NCBI GenBank assembly: GCA_963674695.2
Contig: CAXXGI010000002.1
Location: 320,001 to 384,000, forward strand
DNA: 64,000 bases
Source: a bacterium
GTDB taxonomy: Bacteria; UBA10199; 2-02-FULL-44-16; JAAZCA01
Direction: 5' to 3'
This document shows, piece after piece, positions 20,240 through 29,629 of the stretch. The position numbers and the translations under genes were made by a program. Below the pieces are notes generated by a model, which made no database searches, had not been told where the DNA came from, and saw nothing but the letters and a program-made list of their open reading frames with translations. Every line of letters begins with the position of its first letter. Positions within the stretch are counted from its first letter, which is position 1.

Positions 20240-21925
20240 ATGTCAAAGATTGCCGTCGTGATCAATGGTGACACCCACAGGAAGAGCGTCGAGAAGCATC
20301 AGAAGAATGCCGATCGGGCGTTGAAGGTCCTCGAGGGAATGGGATACGAGACCTTCGTCGCCAATCCCAAAAAACCGAATGCAGACTTCGATCATTACTA
20401 TCACGCCGATGTGGATGGCGTTGATGACCTGATCGACGACCTGAAGCAGAAGCTCGATGCCGATGATGAACTCTGCATCTATGTGACCGGACATGGGAAC
20501 AAGTCGGGGTTCTGTCTCGGCGACGATTGCCGCACGAGCGATCTCATCGCACGCTTCGATGCGCTGCCGTTTGCCAAGCGCACCGTCGTCATGGATCAGT
20601 GCAAGGGAGGCAATTGGCTGAACCGCTTCGTGGACGATCCGCGCACACTCTTCATCTCCAACGGCAGTTCCGACGAGATCGTCTGCTGCGGCGAGTTCGC
20701 GCCCGTCTTCTGGGGAGAATGGATAACGGACCGGAACCACGACGGGGTCATCAGCTTCGGCGAGCGATACGCTCAGGTCCTGGAGCACGGCGTCAAACAT
20801 TCGTTCCCGCTCAAAAATCTGAGCGCAGGGTATGTCGACGACGGAACGAGACCATTTGAACAGAAGGTCGTCACGGTCGATACGCCAGCAGAAATGGATG
20901 CGCAGCTCGAGCGATTGATGCCCGGACAGCTGGCCATCGTCATGTTTTCGATGAAGGGGTGCCCGCACTGTGATCGTTTGCAACCGAAGTTTGAGAAACT
21001 CGTCAAACAAGCCAAGGGCCAGTACCTGATTCTCTATACGAAGAATATCGAAATGGCGATGGAGCGATACGGCGTCACCGGCTTTCCGCAGGTCTCTGCG
21101 CTGGACCATAAGGGGGGTGCGCTCCAGTTGCGTCAGTACGACGACATGCTCGGGGAGCTCGCGCGGGCGGTCATGCCACGCGAGGAAAGAATCGCTCTCT
21201 TGCGCGCGCGGATCGACAGTGAAGCGGGCAGCGATGTGTATGTTGCGCTCTGCAAGCGCCTGTCACAGGAGCAGTTGGCGACTGAGGCGAAAACGCTTCG
21301 CACGCTCTCGCTTTCCGACCCGAAGATGGAAGAAGGAGGAGAATTTATTTGGAGCGCGTATGTAAAGGTTGTGTCGATGCTCGAAGAACCATGTCGATCG
21401 GCCGAGATGAAGCGTGGAGCGGTGATGCAGAAGAGCTTCGATCCCGTTCATAAGCGTATGGCCGAGAGCTTGAGAGGGGCTATCAACAAACGAAAGCGCG
21501 AGGAGAAGCGGGGGCATCCGAAGCGAGTGACGGGAATGGCGCGGGCGGTCCGAACCTATTTTCGCAAGATCGATACCGTCGATCGATCGCGGTACATCGT
21601 CGATGAGTCCGACATTCCCCTCCAAACGGTCGTCGATGGGGAGACCGTTCTGGTCGATGTTTCGATGAAACTGGAGGTGCTGCGGTTCCTCTGTAAAGAT
21701 TCTGACGCGAACATTCGGCGGTGGGCTGCCCTCGTCTATGGAAACCTGGCACAGAAAACCGATGATAAGAAAGAGCGCCGGAGGGGGCGCATCCTGATGC
21801 GACGCCTGATCAAAGGTGATGATGACGAGGGCGTTCGAGCGAAGGCCAAGCAGGCGCTGAAAAAGATCATGCCGGAAAAGCTGATTGCAGATGCGGTGCC
21901 GGATTCCGCTTCCGTACAGAAATAG
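20240..21925 (+). CDS. Caspase/legumain-like (clan CD) peptidase domain + thioredoxin domain + HEAT-like repeats
   Basis: IYVTGHG...VVMDQC His-Cys dyad; DRNHDGVISFGE; CPHC and GFP; C-terminal DSDANIRRWAA and DDDEGVRAKA repeats. Confidence 0.7.
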   Translation: MSKIAVVINGDTHRKSVEKHQKNADRALKVLEGMGYETFVANPKKPNADFDHYYHADVDGVDDLIDDLKQKLDADDELCIYVTGHGNKSGFCLGDDCRTSDLIARFDALPFAKRTVVMDQCKGGNWLNRFVDDPRTLFISNGSSDEIVCCGEFAPVFWGEWITDRNHDGVISFGERYAQVLEHGVKHSFPLKNLSAGYVDDGTRPFEQKVVTVDTPAEMDAQLERLMPGQLAIVMFSMKGCPHCDRLQPKFEKLVKQAKGQYLILYTKNIEMAMERYGVTGFPQVSALDHKGGALQLRQYDDMLGELARAVMPREERIALLRARIDSEAGSDVYVALCKRLSQEQLATEAKTLRTLSLSDPKMEEGGEFIWSAYVKVVSMLEEPCRSAEMKRGAVMQKSFDPVHKRMAESLRGAINKRKREEKRGHPKRVTGMARAVRTYFRKIDTVDRSRYIVDESDIPLQTVVDGETVLVDVSMKLEVLRFLCKDSDANIRRWAALVYGNLAQKTDDKKERRRGRILMRRLIKGDDDEGVRAKAKQALKKIMPEKLIADAVPDSASVQK

Positions 21926-21951
21926 GCGGATGATTCCGGATTGCCCATTGT

Positions 21952-24180
21952 TCAGATGACCTGCCCAACCACGGCGTCGACGGCGAGCCATTCCTGGATC
22001 AGGCGTCCGATGATGCGGTCGCGCGCGCGGGCGGGGGTGACGAAGGCAAACGCCTGCTTCAAGAAATCGTATGCGGCCGGATCGCCCTGCTCGGCCAGAC
22101 GCCGAACGGCCTGGCGCACGGCGGTCGCCGAGATCCCCTCCTGCTGCATCGGCATCGGCATCAATCGCAGTCGATCGGCGTATCGCTTGACCTGCGCGTC
22201 ATAGCGCCCCTCGTCCATCTCCTTCTGTCCCACGATCAGCGCAACCGCACCCTTGCGATTGTCTTTTGCAGCGCGGTTGAGGAACCGCCAGAACGCACTC
22301 GTGTCGATGACGTGCGCGTGCACCCCCTCGGGTAGCCCCTGCTGCAGAATCTCCGTGCGAAGCGCGGGCGAGAAGACGTGCGTATAATCGCCCGCCTGTA
22401 CGTCCTTCTTTCGCGCGGCCACTCCCCACCCCTTCCACGTCTCGGCCGTAAGGTCGGGCGCTTTGTCGGAGGCGAGCACAAAGAGTTCGGAGGGGGACCA
22501 TTCCTGCATCGCCGCACCGATGAGTGCGATGTGTCCGGCGTGCGGCGGCTGCATCTTTCCGATGAAGAAGGCCGCGCCCGCCCGCCAGCGATCGAGCGGC
22601 GGTGGTAATTTTGTTGCCGGTGCGAATTTCTTCGGTGCCTGTTTCGTGCTCGTTGCGCGACGCACGCGTTTCTCCTGCGTGCGCATCTGCTCGCCTGCGA
22701 AGTTGTGCATCGTGAACTCGAGCCGGTCGACGAGCTTGACCTTTACGCCGCTGGTTTCATCGGTGACCATGATCCCCTCGATGGGACCGCCGCCAAGCTT
22801 TGAGGTATAGGCCCCCCGCATGTGGGGCTTGAGCTGAAAGAGGATGCGGTTCGCGTCATAATAGGCCGCGAGTGCAGCGCGTAGATCGTCGCCGCTGTCC
22901 GCAACGAGCGCGTCGAAGTCTGCCGGCATCCGTCGCGGCGCCATCCATCGCTTGGCGCCCGATGGCGAGATGCGCAGCGTGTTTGCGCGCTCGGTAATCC
23001 ACGTGCGAAATACGGCGCAGATCCGATCGAAGTCGAACGGTTCATTCGCGGCGGCTGCCTGATAGAGCCCGCCGTTGTGCCCGGCCTTGAGGCTCGTGTT
23101 GAGAAAGATGCGGAAGGTCGGCAGGAAGCTTGCCCACTGTTTGCGGAAATCGGCGCTCATCCCCGCGAGCCCCGCGCGCATTCCCGACAGGGCTGCGCGG
23201 ATCTCCGTCTCCTGTGCATCGGTGAATCGGTTTTTTCCTCGATCGATTCTCACATCCCGCGTCCACGGATCGACGGCGAAGACGCCGTCGGAGCGCAGCG
23301 TTCGGACGAATGCCTCCACCGCATCCGCGTCGTCGAGCGGTTCGACGCGTGCAACCGTTCCCGTCTCCTCATCGATCACGCGGCGGCCGACAGTGTGTAC
23401 GACCAACCCCAGCTGCACGTTCGAAACGAAGGGATGCAGCTTTGAGTGCTTCGTGATGCGATAGGCAAGACCGGATGGATTGGCGCGAATGATCACCGCA
23501 TCGTTTTCAACAGTGCGTGCACCATTGTTGGGTGTGAAGAGTAGGTCGGCCTGAAAGACGAGCGACGGGTCGGAAAACGCCTTCAGGCGCGGGCGCAGGA
23601 CGCGAATGCAATCGGCCAGGATCGCCGCGATCGGTGAGTTCCCATAAAGCTGTGCGGCTTCCGCGACGGTGCGCACGAGCTTGGGCGCGCCCTTGCGTTC
23701 GATGCCGAGCTTGTAGGCGACATAGGGGCGGTTGTCCGCGTCGAATCCCAGGACGATGGCGGGCGAACCGTCGATCTTTTCGTTGAGTTCTGAGATGGAT
23801 CCCGCCCGGATCCAGCCGATGAATTGGTCGATGAAGCGCTCATACAGGTCGAGGCCGGGAAACGCGTCCTCCGCGGCCCCCGGAGCGACATCGAGGACGA
23901 GGTCGGCCAGGTGTTCGCCGTGTTTGAGGATGCCGGTACGCAAACCTGCGAGCTTCGGCCCCGAGCCGCTGCCATCGCCATCGTTTCCGCCGCCGCTTCC
24001 ATTCGGGGGGGGGATGGACGCCGGCGGTGATGAAGGGGTGTCGCTCCCAACCATCGCGAAGGTGTCGATCGGTTCGAGTGATGCGTCCTCGAACAATGTC
24101 GAATCGACAAACGGATCCAAAGCGGCCGTCATAAACGGCGTTCCCACATTCCCGATGATGGTGGATCCCGCAGCGGACAT
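21952..24180 (-). CDS. Phage-like KxDG ligase/nucleotidyltransferase (DUF6267-like) fused to an HxGH cytidyltransferase-like domain
   Basis: HGEHLAD, EKIDGSPA, FQADLLFT, GLVVHT, EGIMV, VKLVDRLEF..NF; then GKMQPPHAGH and ISATAVR. Confidence 0.7.
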   Translation of the reverse strand: MSAAGSTIIGNVGTPFMTAALDPFVDSTLFEDASLEPIDTFAMVGSDTPSSPPASIPPPNGSGGGNDGDGSGSGPKLAGLRTGILKHGEHLADLVLDVAPGAAEDAFPGLDLYERFIDQFIGWIRAGSISELNEKIDGSPAIVLGFDADNRPYVAYKLGIERKGAPKLVRTVAEAAQLYGNSPIAAILADCIRVLRPRLKAFSDPSLVFQADLLFTPNNGARTVENDAVIIRANPSGLAYRITKHSKLHPFVSNVQLGLVVHTVGRRVIDEETGTVARVEPLDDADAVEAFVRTLRSDGVFAVDPWTRDVRIDRGKNRFTDAQETEIRAALSGMRAGLAGMSADFRKQWASFLPTFRIFLNTSLKAGHNGGLYQAAAANEPFDFDRICAVFRTWITERANTLRISPSGAKRWMAPRRMPADFDALVADSGDDLRAALAAYYDANRILFQLKPHMRGAYTSKLGGGPIEGIMVTDETSGVKVKLVDRLEFTMHNFAGEQMRTQEKRVRRATSTKQAPKKFAPATKLPPPLDRWRAGAAFFIGKMQPPHAGHIALIGAAMQEWSPSELFVLASDKAPDLTAETWKGWGVAARKKDVQAGDYTHVFSPALRTEILQQGLPEGVHAHVIDTSAFWRFLNRAAKDNRKGAVALIVGQKEMDEGRYDAQVKRYADRLRLMPMPMQQEGISATAVRQAVRRLAEQGDPAAYDFLKQAFAFVTPARARDRIIGRLIQEWLAVDAVVGQVI

Positions 24181-24196
24181 CGATGATACCTCGTGT

Positions 24197-25018
24197 TTAT
24201 CTCAAACGATAGACCGAATGGTTGTCGGGCGTGATGCCCAGGTGCGACCAGAAACGATGGCCATAATCGAAGCGCAATTCTTCGCCGGCTTCGATCGCTC
24301 GTCGGGCGAAGAAGAGGGTGTGAAATCCTCCCTCGCAGAAGACGTGGGCGAATTGCATGTTTGCCGCGAAAAGAGTGCTGGAGTCAATGCGCACGGAATC
24401 ATCGATGTGATTGGCAAAGCGCATCGCGCTTCCGGCGCGTTCGCCATCGATGGCGAAAGGGCTGTGGGAAACGCGGGGAGCATTTTTGAGCAGGGCGTTC
24501 CACGGGTGGAGCTCCATCGCGTAGACGTTCCGACCGGAGAGCATCGTCTGACTCACGATATAGCCGGTATATTCGCCGATCCAATCGCCCTGCTCGAATG
24601 GCTGCAGGGCGAAGAGGCCGAATCCCTGTTCCAATCCGATGCGGGCGATTCCCAAATTCGGCGATGTGTGATTCTCGGATGCCGGCAGGCGTTCCCAGTT
24701 GGCACGAACGAAGAGATCTTTTTCTGATCCCGGCGGGAGATTGTGGTGACGTGATGCGTGTTGGTGAACAGTGCGATAAGCCTGTGCCTCCCGGGCAAGC
24801 GCTGCTTTGATCGTGCGATTCTTCGGTTTTGATTTTGGCAGATAGTGGAGATCCTGGCTTCGGTAAAAAGCGGCCATGCCATCGGGATCTGCTGTCGTGG
24901 CGACGATGGGTGAATATTCATCGATGGCGTCGAATGTCGGCGACGAATCCGCCGTTTGGACGAACGTATCCGCAGCGAGAGGGGTGAGTGCAACGATATG
25001 TGCCGGTGGCAAGATCAT
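24197..25018 (-). CDS. SET-domain lysine methyltransferase
   Basis: GFGLFA..GDWIGEYTG, RFANH, GEELRFDYG. Confidence 0.88.
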   Translation of the reverse strand: MILPPAHIVALTPLAADTFVQTADSSPTFDAIDEYSPIVATTADPDGMAAFYRSQDLHYLPKSKPKNRTIKAALAREAQAYRTVHQHASRHHNLPPGSEKDLFVRANWERLPASENHTSPNLGIARIGLEQGFGLFALQPFEQGDWIGEYTGYIVSQTMLSGRNVYAMELHPWNALLKNAPRVSHSPFAIDGERAGSAMRFANHIDDSVRIDSSTLFAANMQFAHVFCEGGFHTLFFARRAIEAGEELRFDYGHRFWSHLGITPDNHSVYRLR

Positions 25019-25036
25019 GAGTCCTCGTTTGCATCC

Positions 25037-25062
25037 TTATCGGTGAATGCCCTCAAAAGTTT
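25037..25062 (-). promoter_or_regulatory. Sigma28-like promoter
   Basis: AAAC-N14-ACCGATAA upstream of the SET gene. Confidence 0.55.
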
Positions 25063-25258
25063 CGAGGTTTTTGCCATGAAGAATCATGGTTTCCCCATAT
25101 GGTTTTTTCGGTGTCTTTTCTAGATAGATGAGGGGAGAGGTGCCTCTCGTGGGGTGCCCCGATGCGGGTATTCGGCCGGAGAGAATTAAATTCTTGAATC
25201 ATTCCCGCTCGTTGGGTATGTCTCTCCCCTCTTTCCATACTTCTCAAGGGGGCGAATC

Positions 25259-26998
25259 GTGACCACTGAAACGGATGCCAAGGGACGGATCATTCGCCGG
25301 GGGCCCTACCCCGAACTCACTCTGCCGGGGATGCTCGTCGGCTATTTCCTCGGAGCGCTGCTCACCGTGGCGGTCGGATACGCCAGCCTCGTCCTGGGAT
25401 ACGGCACCTGCGGGTCGATTTTGGCCGCGATCCTGGGGTTTGGGATCCTGCGCGGAATCTTTCGGCGCTCGAGCATCGTCGAGAACAACATCAACCAGAC
25501 GGTCGCCAGCGGCGTGAACAATGCCTCCACGGGGTTCGTTTTCACCTTCCCGGCGATCTTCCTGCTCAACCAACCCGAGATCAACCCGTGGCTTGTGATC
25601 CTGGCGGCGATTTCCGGCGGCATCCTGGGCATTGCCTTCATCATTCCGCTGCGCAAGCAGATGATCGATTTTAACCGTCTCCCCTTTCCGGATGGGATTG
25701 CGGTGGCCACGATCCTCAAATCGCCGGGCGCGGGCGTGCGCAAGGCGATCCTCATGACTGCGGGCGCGGTCATCAGTGCGATCGCCGCGCTGCTCACCCA
25801 CTTCACCGGGTTTGAGAACTTCGCCCTGGGCGAGGCGATCGGTGCGCCCGCTTACATGAACATCGTCTACTACATCTCGATCATGACCATCGGCGTGGCC
25901 TACATCGCCGGAAAGGGCGGGCTCTTCTTCGTCGTCGGTGGCTATCTCTGCTATTGGATCCTCGCGCCGATCCTCTCGAATATGGGCGTGCTGCCCACGC
26001 CGGAGGCGCTCGCCGCGATGGATGTGGATCTGTTGCAGTATCTGCGCTTCTCGCTCTTCCGTCCGCTGGGCATCGGCATGCTCATCGGGGGTGCGCTCAT
26101 CGGAATTGTGCTGGCCGTGCCGCTGATTCGCAGCGCCATCGGCAGCATGCAGTCGGCATCGAAATTGAAAAAAGCATTCTCGCGCGATGAGATGCCGATC
26201 AAGGTCCTCTATTTCGCCATCGCGGCCGGCTGTGTGGTCCTCTTCGTCGTGGCCTGGATGTCGACCACGCAGATGGGCGTCGGTCGCGGCATCGCCATCG
26301 CGGTGCTCGGCATCCTCTGGCTCTGGATGGCCGGGGTGATCATCTCCGAATGCGTCGGGTATACGAACTGGTCGCCGATGAGCGGCATGACGCTCGTGGC
26401 GGTGACGATTCTCATTCTCATCTCCTCGGGGCTGGGCGATACCGCAGCGATCGCTGCATCGATCGTGGTGGGGGTGGCCATCTGCATCGCCATGGGAATT
26501 GCCTCCGATATGATGCAGGACTTGAAGACCGGATATCTGGTCGGCTCATCCCCGTTCAAACAGCAGACCGCGCAGTTTCTCTCCGTCTGGCTCGGGCCCA
26601 TCATTATACTCTTCGTCATCATCGTCCTGAACGAGGCGTACGGCATCGGCTCCGACAAACTCCCGGCGCCGCAGGCAAGCGCCTTGGCGGGCATGATCAA
26701 GGGCGTGCTCGGCGGGAACGTCCCTGTGCAGAAGTATATCGCGGGCGCCACGCTCGGCGGTCTGCTCTCGCTCACGGGGCTGAGCTCGCTCGGTGTGCTC
26801 GTGGGCCTGGGGTTCTACATGCCCTTCAATATCGTGCTGACCTATACGGTCGGCGTCGTGTTGCGCCTCGTCATCGATAAGGTGCGCGGCCCGCACTTCA
26901 GCGCTGAGGTCGGCATCCCGATCGCAGCCGGGCTCATCATCGGCGAGGCGCTCATCGGTGTGGGCATAGCGCTCGTCGCCGTCGTCGGTGCGGCGTAG
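25259..26998 (+). CDS. OPT/YSL-family oligopeptide transporter
   Basis: ENNINQTVAS, IPLRKQMI..LPFPDG, DMMQDLKTGYL, LPAPQA. Confidence 0.9.
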   Translation: MTTETDAKGRIIRRGPYPELTLPGMLVGYFLGALLTVAVGYASLVLGYGTCGSILAAILGFGILRGIFRRSSIVENNINQTVASGVNNASTGFVFTFPAIFLLNQPEINPWLVILAAISGGILGIAFIIPLRKQMIDFNRLPFPDGIAVATILKSPGAGVRKAILMTAGAVISAIAALLTHFTGFENFALGEAIGAPAYMNIVYYISIMTIGVAYIAGKGGLFFVVGGYLCYWILAPILSNMGVLPTPEALAAMDVDLLQYLRFSLFRPLGIGMLIGGALIGIVLAVPLIRSAIGSMQSASKLKKAFSRDEMPIKVLYFAIAAGCVVLFVVAWMSTTQMGVGRGIAIAVLGILWLWMAGVIISECVGYTNWSPMSGMTLVAVTILILISSGLGDTAAIAASIVVGVAICIAMGIASDMMQDLKTGYLVGSSPFKQQTAQFLSVWLGPIIILFVIIVLNEAYGIGSDKLPAPQASALAGMIKGVLGGNVPVQKYIAGATLGGLLSLTGLSSLGVLVGLGFYMPFNIVLTYTVGVVLRLVIDKVRGPHFSAEVGIPIAAGLIIGEALIGVGIALVAVVGAA

Positions 26999-27023
26999 CG
27001 TTGTTGTTTAACGGGTGCCTCCC

Positions 27024-27080
27024 GGGGAAGATGAAGACCTTTTTTCCGGTGAGGCTGTAAAAAAGGTCTTCATCTTCCCC
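27024..27080. repeat. 22-bp perfect inverted repeat
   Basis: ggggaagatgaagacctttttt / aaaaaaggtcttcatcttcccc. Confidence 0.85.
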
Positions 27081-27133
27081 TCGCGGCACGCGGGAGAGAA
27101 GAAGATGGCGCAGTCACGCGAAAGGATACGGTC

Positions 27134-27661
27134 ATGAAGATTCTGGGATACGTTCTCTTGGTCGGCGGGCTCATCGGGGCGAGTGTCGTGGCCTCGTTGC
27201 AAGCCGAGGTCGTCAATTGGCTCTGGTTCCTTCCCGTTCTCGCCGTGGGTGTGATCGGCATGATCTTCATGCGGCGCGCTTCGCATCACGAGAAGCGCGG
27301 CGATGCGAAGGTCAGCGGCGACATCGAGGCGATCAAGACGAGCCTCGCCAATATCGTCGAAAAGATGAAGCGCCTGGATGCCGAGAAGGAGGCGATCGGC
27401 GTGTACGATATTCATCCGCGCATCGATGCGGATCTGCGCGACGATATCGACAACTTTATCGACGCGCGCGAGAGTATCAGCCACGTCTACGGCCTGCAGC
27501 ACTATGCCGACATCATGAGTCACTTCGCCGCCGGCGAGCGCTATCTCAACCGCTCCTGGTCCTCCTCTGCCGACGGCTACATCGACGAGTGTTACACCTA
27601 CGTTACCCGCGCCGCCAATCAGTTCGCCGAAACCCGCGAAGCATTTGCGAAGCTGGGGTAA
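27134..27661 (+). CDS. Hypothetical membrane protein (2 TM + helical domain)
   Basis: AAGGA SD; two N-terminal hydrophobic segments; GC3-rich codon use like its neighbours. Confidence 0.75.
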   Translation: MKILGYVLLVGGLIGASVVASLQAEVVNWLWFLPVLAVGVIGMIFMRRASHHEKRGDAKVSGDIEAIKTSLANIVEKMKRLDAEKEAIGVYDIHPRIDADLRDDIDNFIDARESISHVYGLQHYADIMSHFAAGERYLNRSWSSSADGYIDECYTYVTRAANQFAETREAFAKLG

Positions 27662-27687
27662 GGATAGAATTGCCATCCCTCATCGAT

Positions 27688-27783
27688 TGTCATCCCCGTG
27701 AAAACGGGGATCTCGGTGTTTCGTGACAATCGAGATTCCCCCGCCACACAACCGGCGGGCAGGCTGCGTTCGCGGGAATGACA
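27688..27783. repeat. GTCAT-type REP pair
   Basis: tgtcatccccgtgaaaacggggatctc ... gagattccc...gcgggaatgaca between convergent genes. Confidence 0.7.
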
Positions 27784-27792
27784 CTCTCTTTG

Positions 27793-29205
27793 TTAGCGTC
27801 GACTCCAACTCGGTTTCTGCAGTTTCATGATGATGAACGGCGGGAGGCACATGACGATCATACCCGTCAGGAGCAAGGCCACATAGAGGACGTGGTTTCC
27901 CGTGTCGATCTGTGACGGTGGAAGGAACCCCACCACGAAGGTGAAGAGCGCCCCCACGATACCAATTCCCGCCACCACCCACATGCCGATGTTTTTTATC
28001 GGAATGCGATAGGCGCGCTCGACGTTTGGCTTCGAATACCGCAGGCGAATCGCTGCAGCGAAGACAATGATATACATGAGCAGATAGAGCATGACGCTGA
28101 AGGCCGAGAGGATCCAGTAGGAACTGCTCACCGTCGGCATGAGGAGAAAGACGAGCGTGATGATGCTGACGATAATGCCCTGAACGAGCAGGATGGTCGT
28201 CGGGACGTCGCGCGCGTTCACCTTCTGCAGGAAGGGCGGCAGGTGCCCCTCCTCGGCGGTGGTCATCAGGCCCTTGGCCGGGCCGATGATCCAGGCGGCC
28301 ATCTCGCCGATCGATCCGGCCGTGATGAGCAGGGCCATGATCGGAACGAGCGCGTGCAGCCCGTGCGAGTGAAAGAACGCGGCGAAGGTCTCCATCACGC
28401 CGGCCACGAGGCTGAGTTCCTTTTGCGGCACGACGATGGCGATAGAGAGCGATCCCAGGATGAAGACGACGAGCGAGACGCATGTTGCAAGCAAAATGGC
28501 GCGCGGATAGGTGCGCTTCGGGTTGACCACCTCCTGCGAGTGCGCGGCCGAGACCTCCATGCCCGAGAAGATGAGGACCGCGCCTGCCAGGAAGACGATG
28601 TTGTGGATGTCGCCCATGTCGGGGAAGAGAGCGGCAGACGACAGGTCGATGGCGATGGGCTGGCCAGAACTAACCCAGAGTGCGCCCATCGCGATGATGA
28701 TGATGCCCGGTACGATGGTCCCCGCGATGACGCAGATGGTGCTGAGCGTTCCTGATGCCTTCATGCCGCGGAAGTTGATGAGCGTGCCGCCCCAGAAGAC
28801 GACGAGGATCACGCTGATGACATAGAGCCGGTTGTGGACGAGCTCGGGGTTGTAGAGATAGGCGAGCGTTGCCGCGATGAAGGACAGGACCGTCGGAAAC
28901 CAGACGACGTTCTGCACCCACTGCAGCCAGATGGCCAAAAAACCCCAGCGCGGACCGAAGGCCTGGCTCACCCAAATGTAGACGCCGCCCGGTCCATGGG
29001 GGGGCCAACCGGTAGCCAGTTCCGCCGAGACGAGCGAAACCGGGATGAGAAAGATGATGGCGACGAGCACCAGATAGAAGATGAGCGCGAGCCCCTCTTC
29101 GGCCATGATCGGCAGCCCCCGCAGCGAACAGACGATGGCGAGGTTGAGCATGGCGAGCATCGTTACGCCGAGCGTCGGGCGGGGGGTGGACAGAGATGCC
29201 ATCAC
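27793..29205 (-). CDS. APC-family amino acid permease/antiporter (GadC-like)
   Basis: SLRGLP, SAELATGWP..GGVYIWV, GMEVSAAH; about 12 TM. Confidence 0.9.
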   Translation of the reverse strand: MMASLSTPRPTLGVTMLAMLNLAIVCSLRGLPIMAEEGLALIFYLVLVAIIFLIPVSLVSAELATGWPPHGPGGVYIWVSQAFGPRWGFLAIWLQWVQNVVWFPTVLSFIAATLAYLYNPELVHNRLYVISVILVVFWGGTLINFRGMKASGTLSTICVIAGTIVPGIIIIAMGALWVSSGQPIAIDLSSAALFPDMGDIHNIVFLAGAVLIFSGMEVSAAHSQEVVNPKRTYPRAILLATCVSLVVFILGSLSIAIVVPQKELSLVAGVMETFAAFFHSHGLHALVPIMALLITAGSIGEMAAWIIGPAKGLMTTAEEGHLPPFLQKVNARDVPTTILLVQGIIVSIITLVFLLMPTVSSSYWILSAFSVMLYLLMYIIVFAAAIRLRYSKPNVERAYRIPIKNIGMWVVAGIGIVGALFTFVVGFLPPSQIDTGNHVLYVALLLTGMIVMCLPPFIIMKLQKPSWSRR

Positions 29206-29336
29206 GGGCTCCTTTCGCAGGGTGTCGCGATTCTACCCGATCGCCGCAGTCGCGTCACGTCCTGCGTGTTCCTCGGCGGGATTGCACAGTTGTCATTCGG
29301 CGCTGATCTCGGTAGAAAGAGTGCAGGAGGTGGGAT

Positions 29337-29618
29337 ATGCATCGAATGCTCATGATCGTTGGGTTGGTGTCGGCCGTCGCGTTCTGTGCCTGCGGGAGCA
29401 CGAGCAGTGTGGATAGCTCCTGCGATTGCGCCATCTGCGTGAACGAAACCCCCGTCTATCCGAGCGACTCCGAGGCCAGCTGCACGCAGTATGCCGCCGA
29501 TCAGCTCTGCCAGCATTCGAGTTTTTATTATGAAGGCGCCGAGAGTTGCGGCGGTTCCGATCAGCCGCATTGCAACGTCTTCGGCTGTACGCACGGGTGC
29601 GCATGTCCTGATGTGTGA
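29337..29618 (+). CDS. Small Cys-rich putative lipoprotein
   Basis: GGAGG SD; signal ending FCAC; eight further Cys. Confidence 0.65.
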   Translation: MHRMLMIVGLVSAVAFCACGSTSSVDSSCDCAICVNETPVYPSDSEASCTQYAADQLCQHSSFYYEGAESCGGSDQPHCNVFGCTHGCACPDV

Positions 29619-29629
29619 GAAAATGATCT

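Noticed and set aside
25136-25143. AGAGGTGC as the start of a lysine riboswitch
   Set aside because: The remaining conserved lysine-riboswitch elements and the required length are absent.
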